Source: an uncultured bacterium
Lineage (GTDB): Bacteria; Patescibacteriota; Minisyncoccia; UBA6257; 2-01-FULL-56-20
Reading direction: 5' to 3'
Assembly (NCBI GenBank): GCA_963725235.1
Contig: CAVRXN010000002.1
Location: 94,964 to 158,963, forward strand
DNA: 64,000 nucleotides
Shown here: positions 31,404 through 47,132 of the stretch, in pieces
Layout of the letters: the number at the start of each line of letters is the position of its first letter
Numbering within the stretch: position 1 is the stretch's first letter
Translations under genes and position numbers: made by a program
Notes under the pieces: generated by a model
The model's input: the letters and a program-made list of their open reading frames with translations, nothing else
Told to the model about the DNA's origin: nothing
Database searches by the model: none

Positions 31404-32450
31404 ATGCTATCCCTCTTCATTCCGCTCGGTGTTCTTATTTTGTCCGGCCTCGTGACGCTGTCCGCGGTCGCGCCACACTCGTTCCACCTCCAATTGATCT
31501 GGGTCGCCGTCGGCGTCGCGCTGATCGCCGCGTTCACGGTCTTCGACTGGCGTCTCGTCTTCAACCATCGCTGGGTTATCTGGGGTTTCTACGGCCTATC
31601 GCTCCTCTTAATGTTATTCACATATCTCAAAGGCCCGACGATCCGCAACGCGCATAGCTGGCTCATCATCGGCCCGATCACGGTCCAGCCGGTAGAGTTT
31701 ATGAAAATTGCATTAATTTTTCTCTACGCGAACTATTTCAGCCGCCGCCATCTCGCCGTCGCCCGCTGGCGAAACATCATCACGTCATTTTTCTTTTTCA
31801 TCATCCCCGCCGCAATCGCCGTGCGCTTGCCCGACCTCGGTTCAGCCGTCATCTTCTTCGCGATCTGGTTTGGCTTCCTCGTTCTAATCGGTTTGCCACT
31901 GCGCCGCATCGCGGCAACACTCGCCGTCCTGCTCGTCGCCTCAGTTTTTATCTGGACCTATGTCATGAAGCCATATCAAAAAGCGCGCATCGAAAATTTC
32001 CTTTACCCGCAAAAAAATTCGTTGGGCATTAACTACAGCTCGGCACAGGCGCGCATCGCGATCGGCTCCGCCGGCTGGCTCGGCAAGGGCTACGGCCAAG
32101 GCACACAAACCCAGCTCGGCTTCCTCTCCGAGCCAACCGAAGACTTCATCTTCGCCGCTATAATAGAGGAGTGGGGAATGCTCGGCGGCCTCGTCGTCAT
32201 CGCTGCGTTCTGCTACTTGATCTACCAAATCCTGCAAATCGGCGCACTCGCCGATGAAAATTTCGAAAAGTTCATTTGCCTCGGCGCCGCGATGATGCTC
32301 ACCGTCCAATTCCTCCTAAACGGCGGCTCCGCAACCGGCCTAACACCCGTCGTCGGCGTCACGTTCCCATTCGTGAGCTACGGCGGCTCAAGCATGGTCG
32401 TCGACATGTTTTTAATCGCGGTGGTAAACTCGATTCGGAAGCGGACGTAG
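31404..32450 (+). CDS. ftsW: SEDS-family peptidoglycan glycosyltransferase (FtsW/RodA)
   Basis: 10-TM profile; ...IGSAGWLGKGYGQGTQTQLGFLSEPTEDFIFAAIIEEWGMLGG... (SEDS core). Confidence 0.85.
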   Translation: MLSLFIPLGVLILSGLVTLSAVAPHSFHLQLIWVAVGVALIAAFTVFDWRLVFNHRWVIWGFYGLSLLLMLFTYLKGPTIRNAHSWLIIGPITVQPVEFMKIALIFLYANYFSRRHLAVARWRNIITSFFFFIIPAAIAVRLPDLGSAVIFFAIWFGFLVLIGLPLRRIAATLAVLLVASVFIWTYVMKPYQKARIENFLYPQKNSLGINYSSAQARIAIGSAGWLGKGYGQGTQTQLGFLSEPTEDFIFAAIIEEWGMLGGLVVIAAFCYLIYQILQIGALADENFEKFICLGAAMMLTVQFLLNGGSATGLTPVVGVTFPFVSYGGSSMVVDMFLIAVVNSIRKRT

Positions 32451-32466
32451 CGAGTATTAAATTTTT

Positions 32467-33234
32467 ATGAAAAAACCATTTGGCTTCGTCATAGGCATTG
32501 TCCTTATCGCAATCCTTCTCCTCGGTATTATTTTTTGGCTTCATCGGTTGCTCACCCCGCCGGCGCGCGCAGAAGAGCTCGTCACCATCCCGCCCGACGC
32601 GACCGCCTACGATATCGATCGGATTCTCGCCGGCGTAAACGTTTTGCAGCAAGGCCAATTAATAAATTCAACCTCCGCCGTCGCACTCGAAGGCGAATTA
32701 TTTCCCGACACATATTATTTCTACGCGAGTTCGACGCCGGATGAAGTCATTCAAAAAATGACCAACGATTTCGCTGCGAAAGCACAGCCATTCTTCGCTG
32801 CCCAGAATGTAACCGGCATCGTCGAAGAACAGGACCTTATCATCGCCTCACTCATCCAAAAAGAAGTCGCGAGCTCGACCGACCAAGCGATCGTCGCGGG
32901 CATTATCGAAAAACGCCTGGCGGATAACATCTATCTCGATATCGATGCGACAATCTGCTACGCGAAGCAGCAGAAAGCGCCAACCTCGACCGCGAACTGT
33001 TCGCCGCTTACAGCCGCCGATCTGAAAATCAATTCGCCCTACAACACGTACACACATTACGGCTTGCCGCCAACGCCGATCGGCAATCCCGATGCTAGCG
33101 CAATAACCGCCGCGCTCAATCCGGCAACCTCGTCGTACCTCTATTATCTAAGCGATCCTAAAACCGGCGCGACGGTTTATGCGATGACGTTGGCGCAACA
33201 AGAGGCGAATGAGAAAAAATATTTGGATAATTAA
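32467..33234 (+). CDS. mltG: Endolytic murein transglycosylase MltG (YceG family)
   Basis: N-terminal TM; LFPDTYYF; SPYNTYTHYGLPPTPIGNPDASAITAALNPA...YLYYL. Confidence 0.9.
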   Translation: MKKPFGFVIGIVLIAILLLGIIFWLHRLLTPPARAEELVTIPPDATAYDIDRILAGVNVLQQGQLINSTSAVALEGELFPDTYYFYASSTPDEVIQKMTNDFAAKAQPFFAAQNVTGIVEEQDLIIASLIQKEVASSTDQAIVAGIIEKRLADNIYLDIDATICYAKQQKAPTSTANCSPLTAADLKINSPYNTYTHYGLPPTPIGNPDASAITAALNPATSSYLYYLSDPKTGATVYAMTLAQQEANEKKYLDN

Positions 33235-33306
33235 AAATTCATTAAATAAAAAAGCGGCGCGACCATGAGATCGCGCCGAAGATGGATTGATGGCTTTTGC
33301 TACGCA

Positions 33307-33621
33307 TCAAAAATGCTGGAATCTGACGACGGAGTAAATGCGATGCGAAATAATGTAGGCGACCCCCATGACGATGGCGCCGGCCGCGAATATATAAAAT
33401 ATCGTGCGACGATTGTCTATTATAATCCCACCGACGGCGCCAAGTACCAAGAAGACTGTTGCCAACACGATTATTTCCCAGGGAGCCATCCACCATCCTA
33501 TAGCCCCTCCTGCAATGACGAGGAACAAGCAGAGAAAAATAGTGGCGTTTCGGGCCGATTTCATATTGGGTGTCATAAAGCCTCCGCGGGGAGGATAGCA
33601 TGGCCCAGGGGTACTTGACAA
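33307..33621 (-). CDS. Small hypothetical membrane protein (3 TM), low confidence
   Basis: Hydrophobic ORF, preferred over the overlapping non-hydrophobic ORFs 33242..33631(-) and 33265..33618(+). Confidence 0.3.
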   Translation of the reverse strand: MSSTPGPCYPPRGGFMTPNMKSARNATIFLCLFLVIAGGAIGWWMAPWEIIVLATVFLVLGAVGGIIIDNRRTIFYIFAAGAIVMGVAYIISHRIYSVVRFQHF

Positions 33622-33866
33622 GGATTCTCAACCGACTATAATTAGGATTAATGAAAGCTTAAAACGGTTTCCTTTCGTGAGGAAGGGAAAGTCCGTTTTT
33701 TGCGTTTTGCGCTGTATTAGATAACGTTAGGAGTGTTTTGGGAAGGGCTGATTTCGGCGGCCCGCATGAGGAACCAGAACATGTGCGACCAACAACTTAA
33801 TATGTTTTTAATAAATCGTCGGGTTTTGCTCGGCAAATATAAATTAAATTTTAATTAAAACGTCGC

Positions 33867-40712
<6,846 letters not shown>

Positions 40713-40740
40713 AAGAAGGCGTGAAACAAATAACAAAAAG

Positions 40741-40770
40741 AAACAGCCATTTCATGGCTGTTTCTTTTAC
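40741..40770 (+). terminator. Rho-independent terminator after rpoC (AAACAGCCAT-TTC-ATGGCTGTTT + CTTTT)
   Basis: 10-bp stem. Confidence 0.65.
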
Positions 40771-40779
40771 TACCGATCT

Positions 40780-41031
40780 TTAAACGCTTGCAGTAACCCT
40801 CTCAACTTTCCATGTCCGCCCATCTTTGATGGCTCGGAAACATTTCTTGCCTTCACGAAGAACGCCGCGAATTAATTTGCGATTTGCTCGATTTAACTCG
40901 GGATCTGCGGCATCTTCAAAAATAAGATGGCCTCCGATGGAAATTTTCTCGGAAACTTCCGGGTGAACCAATGAATACTTAAGGAAAGCGGCTGACAGAT
41001 CAAAATTTCTTTTTATGATTCTTTCGGACAT
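40780..41031 (-). CDS. Hypothetical protein, translationally coupled partner of the upstream DUF4160-like gene (TAATATG junction)
   Basis: 83 aa, MSERIIKRNFDLSAAFLKYSLVHPEVSEK...; no family assigned. Confidence 0.4.
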   Translation of the reverse strand: MSERIIKRNFDLSAAFLKYSLVHPEVSEKISIGGHLIFEDAADPELNRANRKLIRGVLREGKKCFRAIKDGRTWKVERVTASV

Positions 41032-41032
41032 A

Positions 41033-41380
41033 TTAATTGCGAAAATAGAATTCTGTGAATTGTTGTCGACTTTTTTCGATTTTTTGTATGGTTTCGGTTA
41101 GTATCATACTGGGCTCTCCTCGGATATCTTCAATGCGAACCTCTCCTTTGTGATAGCCATAAACATGACAATGAGGCTGGATGTGGGCATTGTCATATCT
41201 CCTTATAACGATCCAACGATCTTTTAGTTTCCGAAGATAAACCACGCTGAATTTTCTGACTCGAATCCCGTTCCTCCACATTCTTACTTCCATTCTCTCC
41301 CTCTCTGACCAAGTTGTTCCCCACTCTTCATACCGTCGCGGACCACCACGCATTTCATTATGCGTTTTATTTTTATTCAT
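41033..41380 (-). CDS. DUF4160-like protein (HxxPHxH motif)
   Basis: ...IVIRRYDNAHIQPHCHVYGYHKGEVRIEDIRGE...QQFTEFYF matches the DUF4160 core (YxxDHxPPHFH...). Start chosen at internal Met; the 5' part of the 166-aa ORF is probably untranslated. Confidence 0.5.
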   Translation of the reverse strand: MNKNKTHNEMRGGPRRYEEWGTTWSERERMEVRMWRNGIRVRKFSVVYLRKLKDRWIVIRRYDNAHIQPHCHVYGYHKGEVRIEDIRGEPSMILTETIQKIEKSRQQFTEFYFRN

Positions 41381-41634
41381 GCGAATTTGATTTAATAAAT
41401 TTTTAATAAATGGCCAAAAACGGCGAAAGCGCCCTTGTAATAAGGACGCTTTCGGGGCCAGCTGGCGCTCGGGTTGAACCAAGCCCCGCGGGTTCCACCA
41501 GGCCGACATTGTCATGTCGGGCATATTTATCATGGACGTTCCGCAGAAAAGGTCAAAAAGTTTTTAATGATTTTTTAATAAGTTTGAATAAAATTCTTAT
41601 TTGACGGGGCTAATATATAAGCCATATACTCATA

Positions 41635-41904
41635 TTGGCACAGAAAGGAAATGTCATGCCTATACCAGCGGCAACTTCGAGCGACGTTTTATTATGTGAT
41701 CTCCTCAAAAAGCAGGTTGACGACTTTGAGGCATGGATTGACCTCTCTGAATTGAGCAGCAACCCCTTCAAGGGCGACCTGGAATATTTGGAAAATCACT
41801 CGCTAATAGAATGCCGGTCAGATGCCCGACAATTGCGGCTTACGCCACTCGGAGTGTTCACAGCACTTTTGTTCGAGCGCATACCGGATGGCTGTAGCGT
41901 CTGA
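41635..41904 (+). CDS. Hypothetical small protein
   Basis: 89-aa ORF upstream of rpsF; no motifs. Confidence 0.3.
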   Translation: MAQKGNVMPIPAATSSDVLLCDLLKKQVDDFEAWIDLSELSSNPFKGDLEYLENHSLIECRSDARQLRLTPLGVFTALLFERIPDGCSV

Positions 41905-41994
41905 TCGTCAAGCCCATGCAACATTGGCGCCCACTGCAAGCTGGGCGCCTTTTCCATATTTGCATTTTCCCTGCGACATGCTACAATATCCCAC

Positions 41995-42444
41995 ATGGAC
42001 GAAAAGGATAAAAAGGAATACGAATTGGGCGTACTCGTCGCGAACGAGGATGATGTGGCGCCGGTTATGACGGCTTTGCGTGGGCATAATGGCGAGGTTT
42101 CGGTTGAACCGCGCGCCAAGCGGCTGACACTCGCCTACGAAATCAAAAAGCACAAAGAGGCGGTCTTTGCGTACTGCACGTTCAAGGCGGTGCCGACCGA
42201 CGTCAAAAACTTGGAGCAGGATTTGCGGACCAAGAACGATATCATCCGTTTCCTTATCGTAAAAACCCCGAAGCCTGATCTGGCCGCCGAGCGGCGCACG
42301 TTCACGCCGGCCGAATCAGCGACCCAGCGCCGGACGCGCACGATGCGCCCAGGCGTGGCGCCTTCAGCCGACGCGAAGCCAGCTGCTCCGAAGCCACTTT
42401 CGAACGAAGCGCTTGAGAAGAAGATCGAGGAGATTCTCCAGTAG
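41995..42444 (+). CDS. rpsF: 30S ribosomal protein S6 (with a C-terminal extension)
   Basis: YELGVLVANEDDVAPVMTALRGHNGEVSVEPRAKRLTLAYEIKKHKEAVFAYCTFKA...DIIRFLIVK. Confidence 0.8.
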   Translation: MDEKDKKEYELGVLVANEDDVAPVMTALRGHNGEVSVEPRAKRLTLAYEIKKHKEAVFAYCTFKAVPTDVKNLEQDLRTKNDIIRFLIVKTPKPDLAAERRTFTPAESATQRRTRTMRPGVAPSADAKPAAPKPLSNEALEKKIEEILQ

Positions 42445-42471
42445 AAAAAGCCCGTTTTGCTGGGCTTTTTT
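42445..42471 (+). terminator. Rho-independent terminator (AAAAAGCCCGTTTTGCTGGGCTTTTTT)
   Basis: Hairpin plus T-run after rpsF. Confidence 0.6.
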
Positions 42472-42546
42472 CTTTAGATTTTTTTAATGCACTTTGTGGT
42501 AGAGTATTAGCATCTCGTACAAAAAATTATAAACTAATATAAATAC

Positions 42547-43065
42547 ATGGATTTAAACAAAGTCATGTTGGTGGGGCGGGTGACGGCGGATCCGCAGGTG
42601 CGGACGACCCCGGGCGGGCAGTCGGTCGCGACGATCGGTGTCGCGACGAACCGCGTTTGGAATGATAAAAATAATCAGCGCCAGGAAGAAACCGAATTCC
42701 ATAACGTCGTGTTGTGGGGTCGGCAGGCCGAGATCGCCGGACAATATTTGAAGAAGGGCGCGATGGTGCTGATCGAGGGGCGTTTGAAAACGCGTGCGTG
42801 GACTGATAAGAATGGCCAACAGCGCCGGACGACCGAAGTCATGGCCGAGCGCATGCAGCTCGGGCCACGGCCGCAAGGGCAGGGAGGGGGACAAGGTGGT
42901 GGGAACAGTTTTGGCGGAGGTCAGAGTTCAGCGCCAAGCTTCGACAGCGCTCCTTCACAGCCCAGCGGTCCATCATCTGGCGTAGATAAAGCCGCCGAGG
43001 AAGAAATCCCGGTCATCAGCTTGGACGACGAAGAAGAGATCAAGGCAGAGGATATCCCATTTTAA
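42547..43065 (+). CDS. ssb: Single-stranded DNA-binding protein
   Basis: OB fold MDLNKVMLVGRVTADPQVRTTPGGQSVATIGVATNRVWNDKNNQRQEETEFHNVVLWGRQAE...; G/Q-rich linker; acidic C-terminal tail ending DIPF. Confidence 0.95.
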   Translation: MDLNKVMLVGRVTADPQVRTTPGGQSVATIGVATNRVWNDKNNQRQEETEFHNVVLWGRQAEIAGQYLKKGAMVLIEGRLKTRAWTDKNGQQRRTTEVMAERMQLGPRPQGQGGGQGGGNSFGGGQSSAPSFDSAPSQPSGPSSGVDKAAEEEIPVISLDDEEEIKAEDIPF

Positions 43066-43070
43066 CGATT

Positions 43071-43424
43071 ATGGAGAAGGAACCAATGACATTGGAAAAA
43101 GTGGGGTCAAGCGTGGGACGGCTTGAGGCCACAGTCGAAAAACTGGCTGACCGACTCGATAAATTTGCCGATAACGTCGATCAGCGCTTCGACGCCATCG
43201 ATCAGCGCTTCGAATCAATTGATAGTCGCTTTGAAGCGATGGATGCGCGTTTTGAGCGAGTCGAAGAAAAGATTGATACCGTAGATCGCCATAGAGGAGT
43301 TCTCATGGAAGAGATGGAGGGTCGGCTAATGACAGCGATTCAAGGACAGGGCATCATGCTCGAATCATTGGATCGCCGTGTGACACGCATCGAAGGAAAA
43401 CTCGAGATCGAGAGTCCGGCATAA
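43071..43424 (+). CDS. Hypothetical coiled-coil protein with 7-residue DxRF(E/D)x(I/M) tandem repeats
   Basis: [28 protein letters not shown]; sits where rpsR is usually found. Confidence 0.45.
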   Translation: MEKEPMTLEKVGSSVGRLEATVEKLADRLDKFADNVDQRFDAIDQRFESIDSRFEAMDARFERVEEKIDTVDRHRGVLMEEMEGRLMTAIQGQGIMLESLDRRVTRIEGKLEIESPA

Positions 43425-43470
43425 GGTCGCGCTATTTGCATCTTCCGGAGAAATCCGGTATACTTTCCCC

Positions 43471-43896
43471 ATGGCAAAAAAGATCAAAACGACCTTGATT
43501 CTCCAGCTTCCGGCTGGTAAAGCGACTCCCGCGCCGCCGGTGGGTACGGTTTTGGGACCTCAGGGTATCAACATCCAGGATTTCTGCAAACAGTTTAACG
43601 ACGCGACCCGTGAAATGGGCGGCGACATCGTTCCGGCGAAGATCACGATCTTCGAGGACCGTTCATTCTCATTCGTCCTGAAAACCCCACCGGCGAGCAT
43701 GTTGCTCAAGCAGGCGGCTGGTATCGAGAAAGGCGCGGCAAATCCGTTAACGCAGAAAGTAGGCAAGGTGACGCGGGCGCAGGTGCGCGCGATCGCTGAA
43801 CGGAAGATGCCGGACCTGAATGCGAATGATCTTGATGCGGCGGAGAAGATAATTTCCGGCACTGCACGTAACATGGGGATTACGATCGAGGGATAG
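43471..43896 (+). CDS. rplK: 50S ribosomal protein L11
   Basis: [46 protein letters not shown]...[28 protein letters not shown]. Confidence 0.95.
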   Translation: MAKKIKTTLILQLPAGKATPAPPVGTVLGPQGINIQDFCKQFNDATREMGGDIVPAKITIFEDRSFSFVLKTPPASMLLKQAAGIEKGAANPLTQKVGKVTRAQVRAIAERKMPDLNANDLDAAEKIISGTARNMGITIEG

Positions 43897-43934
43897 TGAT
43901 AGTTTTTCGGAGAAATTAATAATGCATCACCTGC

Positions 43935-44279
43935 ATGTCCAATGCTGACAATCTTGTTTTTGATATAAGAGATTATCGCGGCCGGCGAGTAATTTTCACG
44001 AAGAAAAAGCTGGAGGAAAAGAAAGCCGACCATCCAGAGCTAAATCTTATGCAGTTTATTGCAACGATTCAGCAGGCTATTCGAGAACCCGAAGAGGTTT
44101 GGCCAGATTACTTCGAAAGGAACAAAAAACACTGCTACTATGGCAAGTATGAGAGTGTTTATGCTAAAGTTGTAGTATATGTTGGGATGCCTCATGGGGG
44201 ACCTTTCCAGGTTGTTTCTGCGTATATTATCGACAAGATCAAGGAGAAAAAATATAAAGATCTAGTCAGGATCGTTTAG
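43935..44279 (+). CDS. Hypothetical basic protein in a low-GC insert (possible RelE/BECR-like toxin; speculative)
   Basis: 114 aa, K/R-rich; ...FTKKKLEEKKADHPELNLMQF...; GC clearly below the flanking DNA. Confidence 0.4.
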   Translation: MSNADNLVFDIRDYRGRRVIFTKKKLEEKKADHPELNLMQFIATIQQAIREPEEVWPDYFERNKKHCYYGKYESVYAKVVVYVGMPHGGPFQVVSAYIIDKIKEKKYKDLVRIV

Positions 44280-44290
44280 TAACAATCATC

Positions 44291-44692
44291 ATGGAATTAA
44301 CCATCGAACAAAAGAAAAAAGTTTTGGATTTCTCATCCAATTTTTCGGAAATCGCCCAGCGGGAAGGGTGGGTTTCGAATTATGACACCGAAACAGACGG
44401 GATGTCGGTTCGGCTACCGAAATTATCCTTGGATGCAGAAAAGAAATATATCAATGATGAGTTTGCATTTTACTTCAATGAGAGAGATGAGATTGAAGGC
44501 GTTTTTATTGAATATTTCATGACGAATTTCGTTGCGCATCATAAGGATATCGAGAACGTTAAAAAGGAACTACAAAAGGAAATCGAGAACAATAAACAGG
44601 AAAGCGCCATTGTGCAGCTGGAGGCGGCGGAAACTAAAAAGATGATCCCTGAGTTGGAAAGTGTGTTGATAAATTCTTTCGTTTCGGCATGA
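44291..44692 (+). CDS. Hypothetical acidic protein paired with 43935..44279 (possible immunity/antitoxin; speculative)
   Basis: 133 aa, E/D-rich; 11-nt gap to the preceding gene; followed by a terminator. Confidence 0.4.
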   Translation: MELTIEQKKKVLDFSSNFSEIAQREGWVSNYDTETDGMSVRLPKLSLDAEKKYINDEFAFYFNERDEIEGVFIEYFMTNFVAHHKDIENVKKELQKEIENNKQESAIVQLEAAETKKMIPELESVLINSFVSA

Positions 44693-44694
44693 TA

Positions 44695-44736
44695 AAAACT
44701 GCCCGATCCGTAATGGTCGGGCAGAGTTCTTTTTGT
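44695..44736 (+). terminator. Rho-independent terminator (CTGCCCGATCCGTAATGGTCGGGCAG + TTCTTTTT)
   Basis: 10-bp stem. Confidence 0.6.
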
Positions 44737-45152
44737 TGATTAGCTTTTGTATCAGATCGGAGCGATCATGTACATGGAGTGATATTCCGTGCTCCAGCCA
44801 ATCCTCAGTTCCGATAAATGCTTTCCGGGGAAACAGTGGGAAGCGTGGCTGAGAATCTGGTCAAAAGTGATGCAACCCAAGATAGAGATTTCTTTATTCT
44901 GAGATCGAGTTTCCGGAAATGGAAAATTATGCCGGCGGATTCTGATCTCAAAAACGCTCTCGTGCCGAACCTGTGCTGGAAAATAGATTTCAGCGTCTGG
45001 TACCCGTGGCCATTGTTTCCGAATTCGTACGAGGATATCCTGTAAGGTTACGTCACGCACATCGAGTCGGAGTAAGTCTTGTCTTTCGCTAGTTATGCTC
45101 GGTATCATCAATATGAACCCTCCTCAGGGACTACGCTCTATTCTACGAATGA

Positions 45153-46481
45153 TCAAAGATTTGTCAATTTCGTACGAATTTTCTTCGCGGTTTTTGGTTC
45201 ACTCAGGCGCCGGCGATATTTTTCAGTCGTACAAACGCGAAACGCCAGATACGACTGGGCAACCTCCTCGATGTTTTTGAAATGCGCCGGGTAGCGGGAT
45301 TTTAATGAGACAAGTTGGCCGCGGCGGCCGCGCGCAGCACTCGGTCCACCATAGATCATAATATCTTTTGCCTCGAAGCGGTCGGTCGACGAAATCGGAA
45401 CGACAAGGATTGCGCCAGCAGGAATTCCGGCAAGCGCCGCAATCTCGGCCTCAACTCGCTCCAATCCTTCCTGATTTTCATTTTGCAGCGATCGATCGGC
45501 AGCGAGCCGCTTAATCGCCCGCGCATCCGCGCCAAAAACGGTAATATGTTTCCCGGCTCGCGTGCCGATATGCTCGAAATTCTCTGGACGAATAACAATG
45601 GCCTCGCGGAACAAATCACGCGACCGCAATAACCCGTACAGTTCGCGAACAATATCATCCTGCGAATAGCGCATCATGCCGATCAACTCGGAGTCCGTGA
45701 GATCAACGAGTTCGGTGCCATCGAGTTCGCCCGCGAGAATCAGATGGTAAACCATTTTCTGGACCATCCGCTGGGCGATCGCGGAGGTTTTCCGCAAGTA
45801 AACATTCTTATAAATTTTCAAATAATAATTCTGTACTTCGATCGCATTGTCGACCGCTTTCTCGTCAATCGCAAGCTGGCCGTCGATAAAATAAATATGT
45901 TGGCGGAGATAATCGACGCCGATCGGGCGCGACAAAATAGTAAACAAACCGTCGCGCTCGAGGTAGTCGAGTTTTTCCATCCCGAGATTTTTGTCGCTCA
46001 CGCCGAGATAAATTGGGTTGCGCCGTGCGGCAAAACTTTCGAGCAATTTGAAATCTATGTCGGCGGCTTCGATCTCGACGCGGCGGCGCCGGATGATATC
46101 GAAACTTAACGCTGCGTTCGCACTCATTCCTTTCGTAGCGCCGCGGATCTCGGCCGGCAATTCGCAGAGCGGCTCGGTGACGTGCGAGAACGGAGGATGA
46201 CCGATGTCGTGATACAAAGCGTAACCCGCCAAAGCGTCGCCTTCGCGCTGCGAAATAAATCCACGCTTGACCCAGCGCTCCGCGAGCTCGCGCGTCGCAT
46301 GATACGCGCCGAGCGAGTGCGCCTTCCGCGAATGGGTCGCCGACGGGAAGGTCAGGTATGACATCCCGAGCTGGCGCTTATCATCGAGCGCCTGGAACTC
46401 GCGCGTGTCGATCATCGGTAGAACGGCGCGAACGTCGATGATGCCATAAATCGGATCGGCGATGACTTTGGGAGATTTCAT
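45153..46481 (-). CDS. HD-domain phosphohydrolase (dGTP triphosphohydrolase-like)
   Basis: ...HSRKAHSLGAYHATRELAERW...ALYHDIGHPPFSH...; 442 aa. Confidence 0.65.
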   Translation of the reverse strand: MKSPKVIADPIYGIIDVRAVLPMIDTREFQALDDKRQLGMSYLTFPSATHSRKAHSLGAYHATRELAERWVKRGFISQREGDALAGYALYHDIGHPPFSHVTEPLCELPAEIRGATKGMSANAALSFDIIRRRRVEIEAADIDFKLLESFAARRNPIYLGVSDKNLGMEKLDYLERDGLFTILSRPIGVDYLRQHIYFIDGQLAIDEKAVDNAIEVQNYYLKIYKNVYLRKTSAIAQRMVQKMVYHLILAGELDGTELVDLTDSELIGMMRYSQDDIVRELYGLLRSRDLFREAIVIRPENFEHIGTRAGKHITVFGADARAIKRLAADRSLQNENQEGLERVEAEIAALAGIPAGAILVVPISSTDRFEAKDIMIYGGPSAARGRRGQLVSLKSRYPAHFKNIEEVAQSYLAFRVCTTEKYRRRLSEPKTAKKIRTKLTNL

Positions 46482-47035
46482 AATGGCAATTTTTTAATCT
46501 CGTCGATTTCGGCGAGGACCTTGTCCAAAACTTCATCCTCCGTAAAGCCCGTCGTATCAAACACGAAATCATAATGCCGTTCATCCAAAAAATTCTGGAT
46601 GCCGTAGAGTTCGTGGTAACGCTCGAGTTCGGCGCGAGCGCGTTCCGCATTCGCGGCAAATAATTCACTAACGTCCCGCCCGGAATTTTCCGGCCGTCGC
46701 GCCGACCGTTGCGCACCAACTTCCGGGTCGACGGCGAGAAAAATATTAAAAATATGGAACGGCGATCCCTTCGCGAAAAACCATGCGATGCGTCCCTGGA
46801 CAACCAAATTGTCATGCTCGTGCATCGTTTTTGCCTGCCGTTCATCAAGCGATCGCTCGAGATCCGGCTCAGCTTTCAGCTTCTTATAAAACTCCTCGAT
46901 CGACATGCCGCGCTCTTCCGCGAGTTCGCGCATCAGGCCGCCCATATATAATTCTTCGTAGCCAAGCGCTTTCGAAAGCGTCGCCGCGAGCGTCGTTTTA
47001 CCTGCGCCCACGTTGCCGCCGATGGTGATGATCAT
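46478..47035 (-). CDS. cmk: Cytidylate kinase-like P-loop NMP kinase (AAA-type)
   Basis: MIITIGGNVGAGKTTLAATLSKALGYEELYMGGLMRE...; 4-nt overlap with the HD gene. Confidence 0.55.
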   Translation of the reverse strand: MIITIGGNVGAGKTTLAATLSKALGYEELYMGGLMRELAEERGMSIEEFYKKLKAEPDLERSLDERQAKTMHEHDNLVVQGRIAWFFAKGSPFHIFNIFLAVDPEVGAQRSARRPENSGRDVSELFAANAERARAELERYHELYGIQNFLDERHYDFVFDTTGFTEDEVLDKVLAEIDEIKKLPL

Positions 47036-47132
47036 ATGGATATTATAGCGCAAAAAGTGCAAAAAATAAGGCAATTTTTCTTGAGAATTTTTTAATGATG
47101 TTTTTGTTACAATGGCTGGGCGGTGGGGGCGG

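Noticed and set aside
41440-41530. Possible tRNA or SRP-RNA-like gene in the GC-rich stretch upstream of the DUF4160 gene
   Set aside because: No cloverleaf with a T-loop (GTTCRANYC) or acceptor/CCA geometry could be built on either strand. Retained only as an unclassified structured region (see findings).
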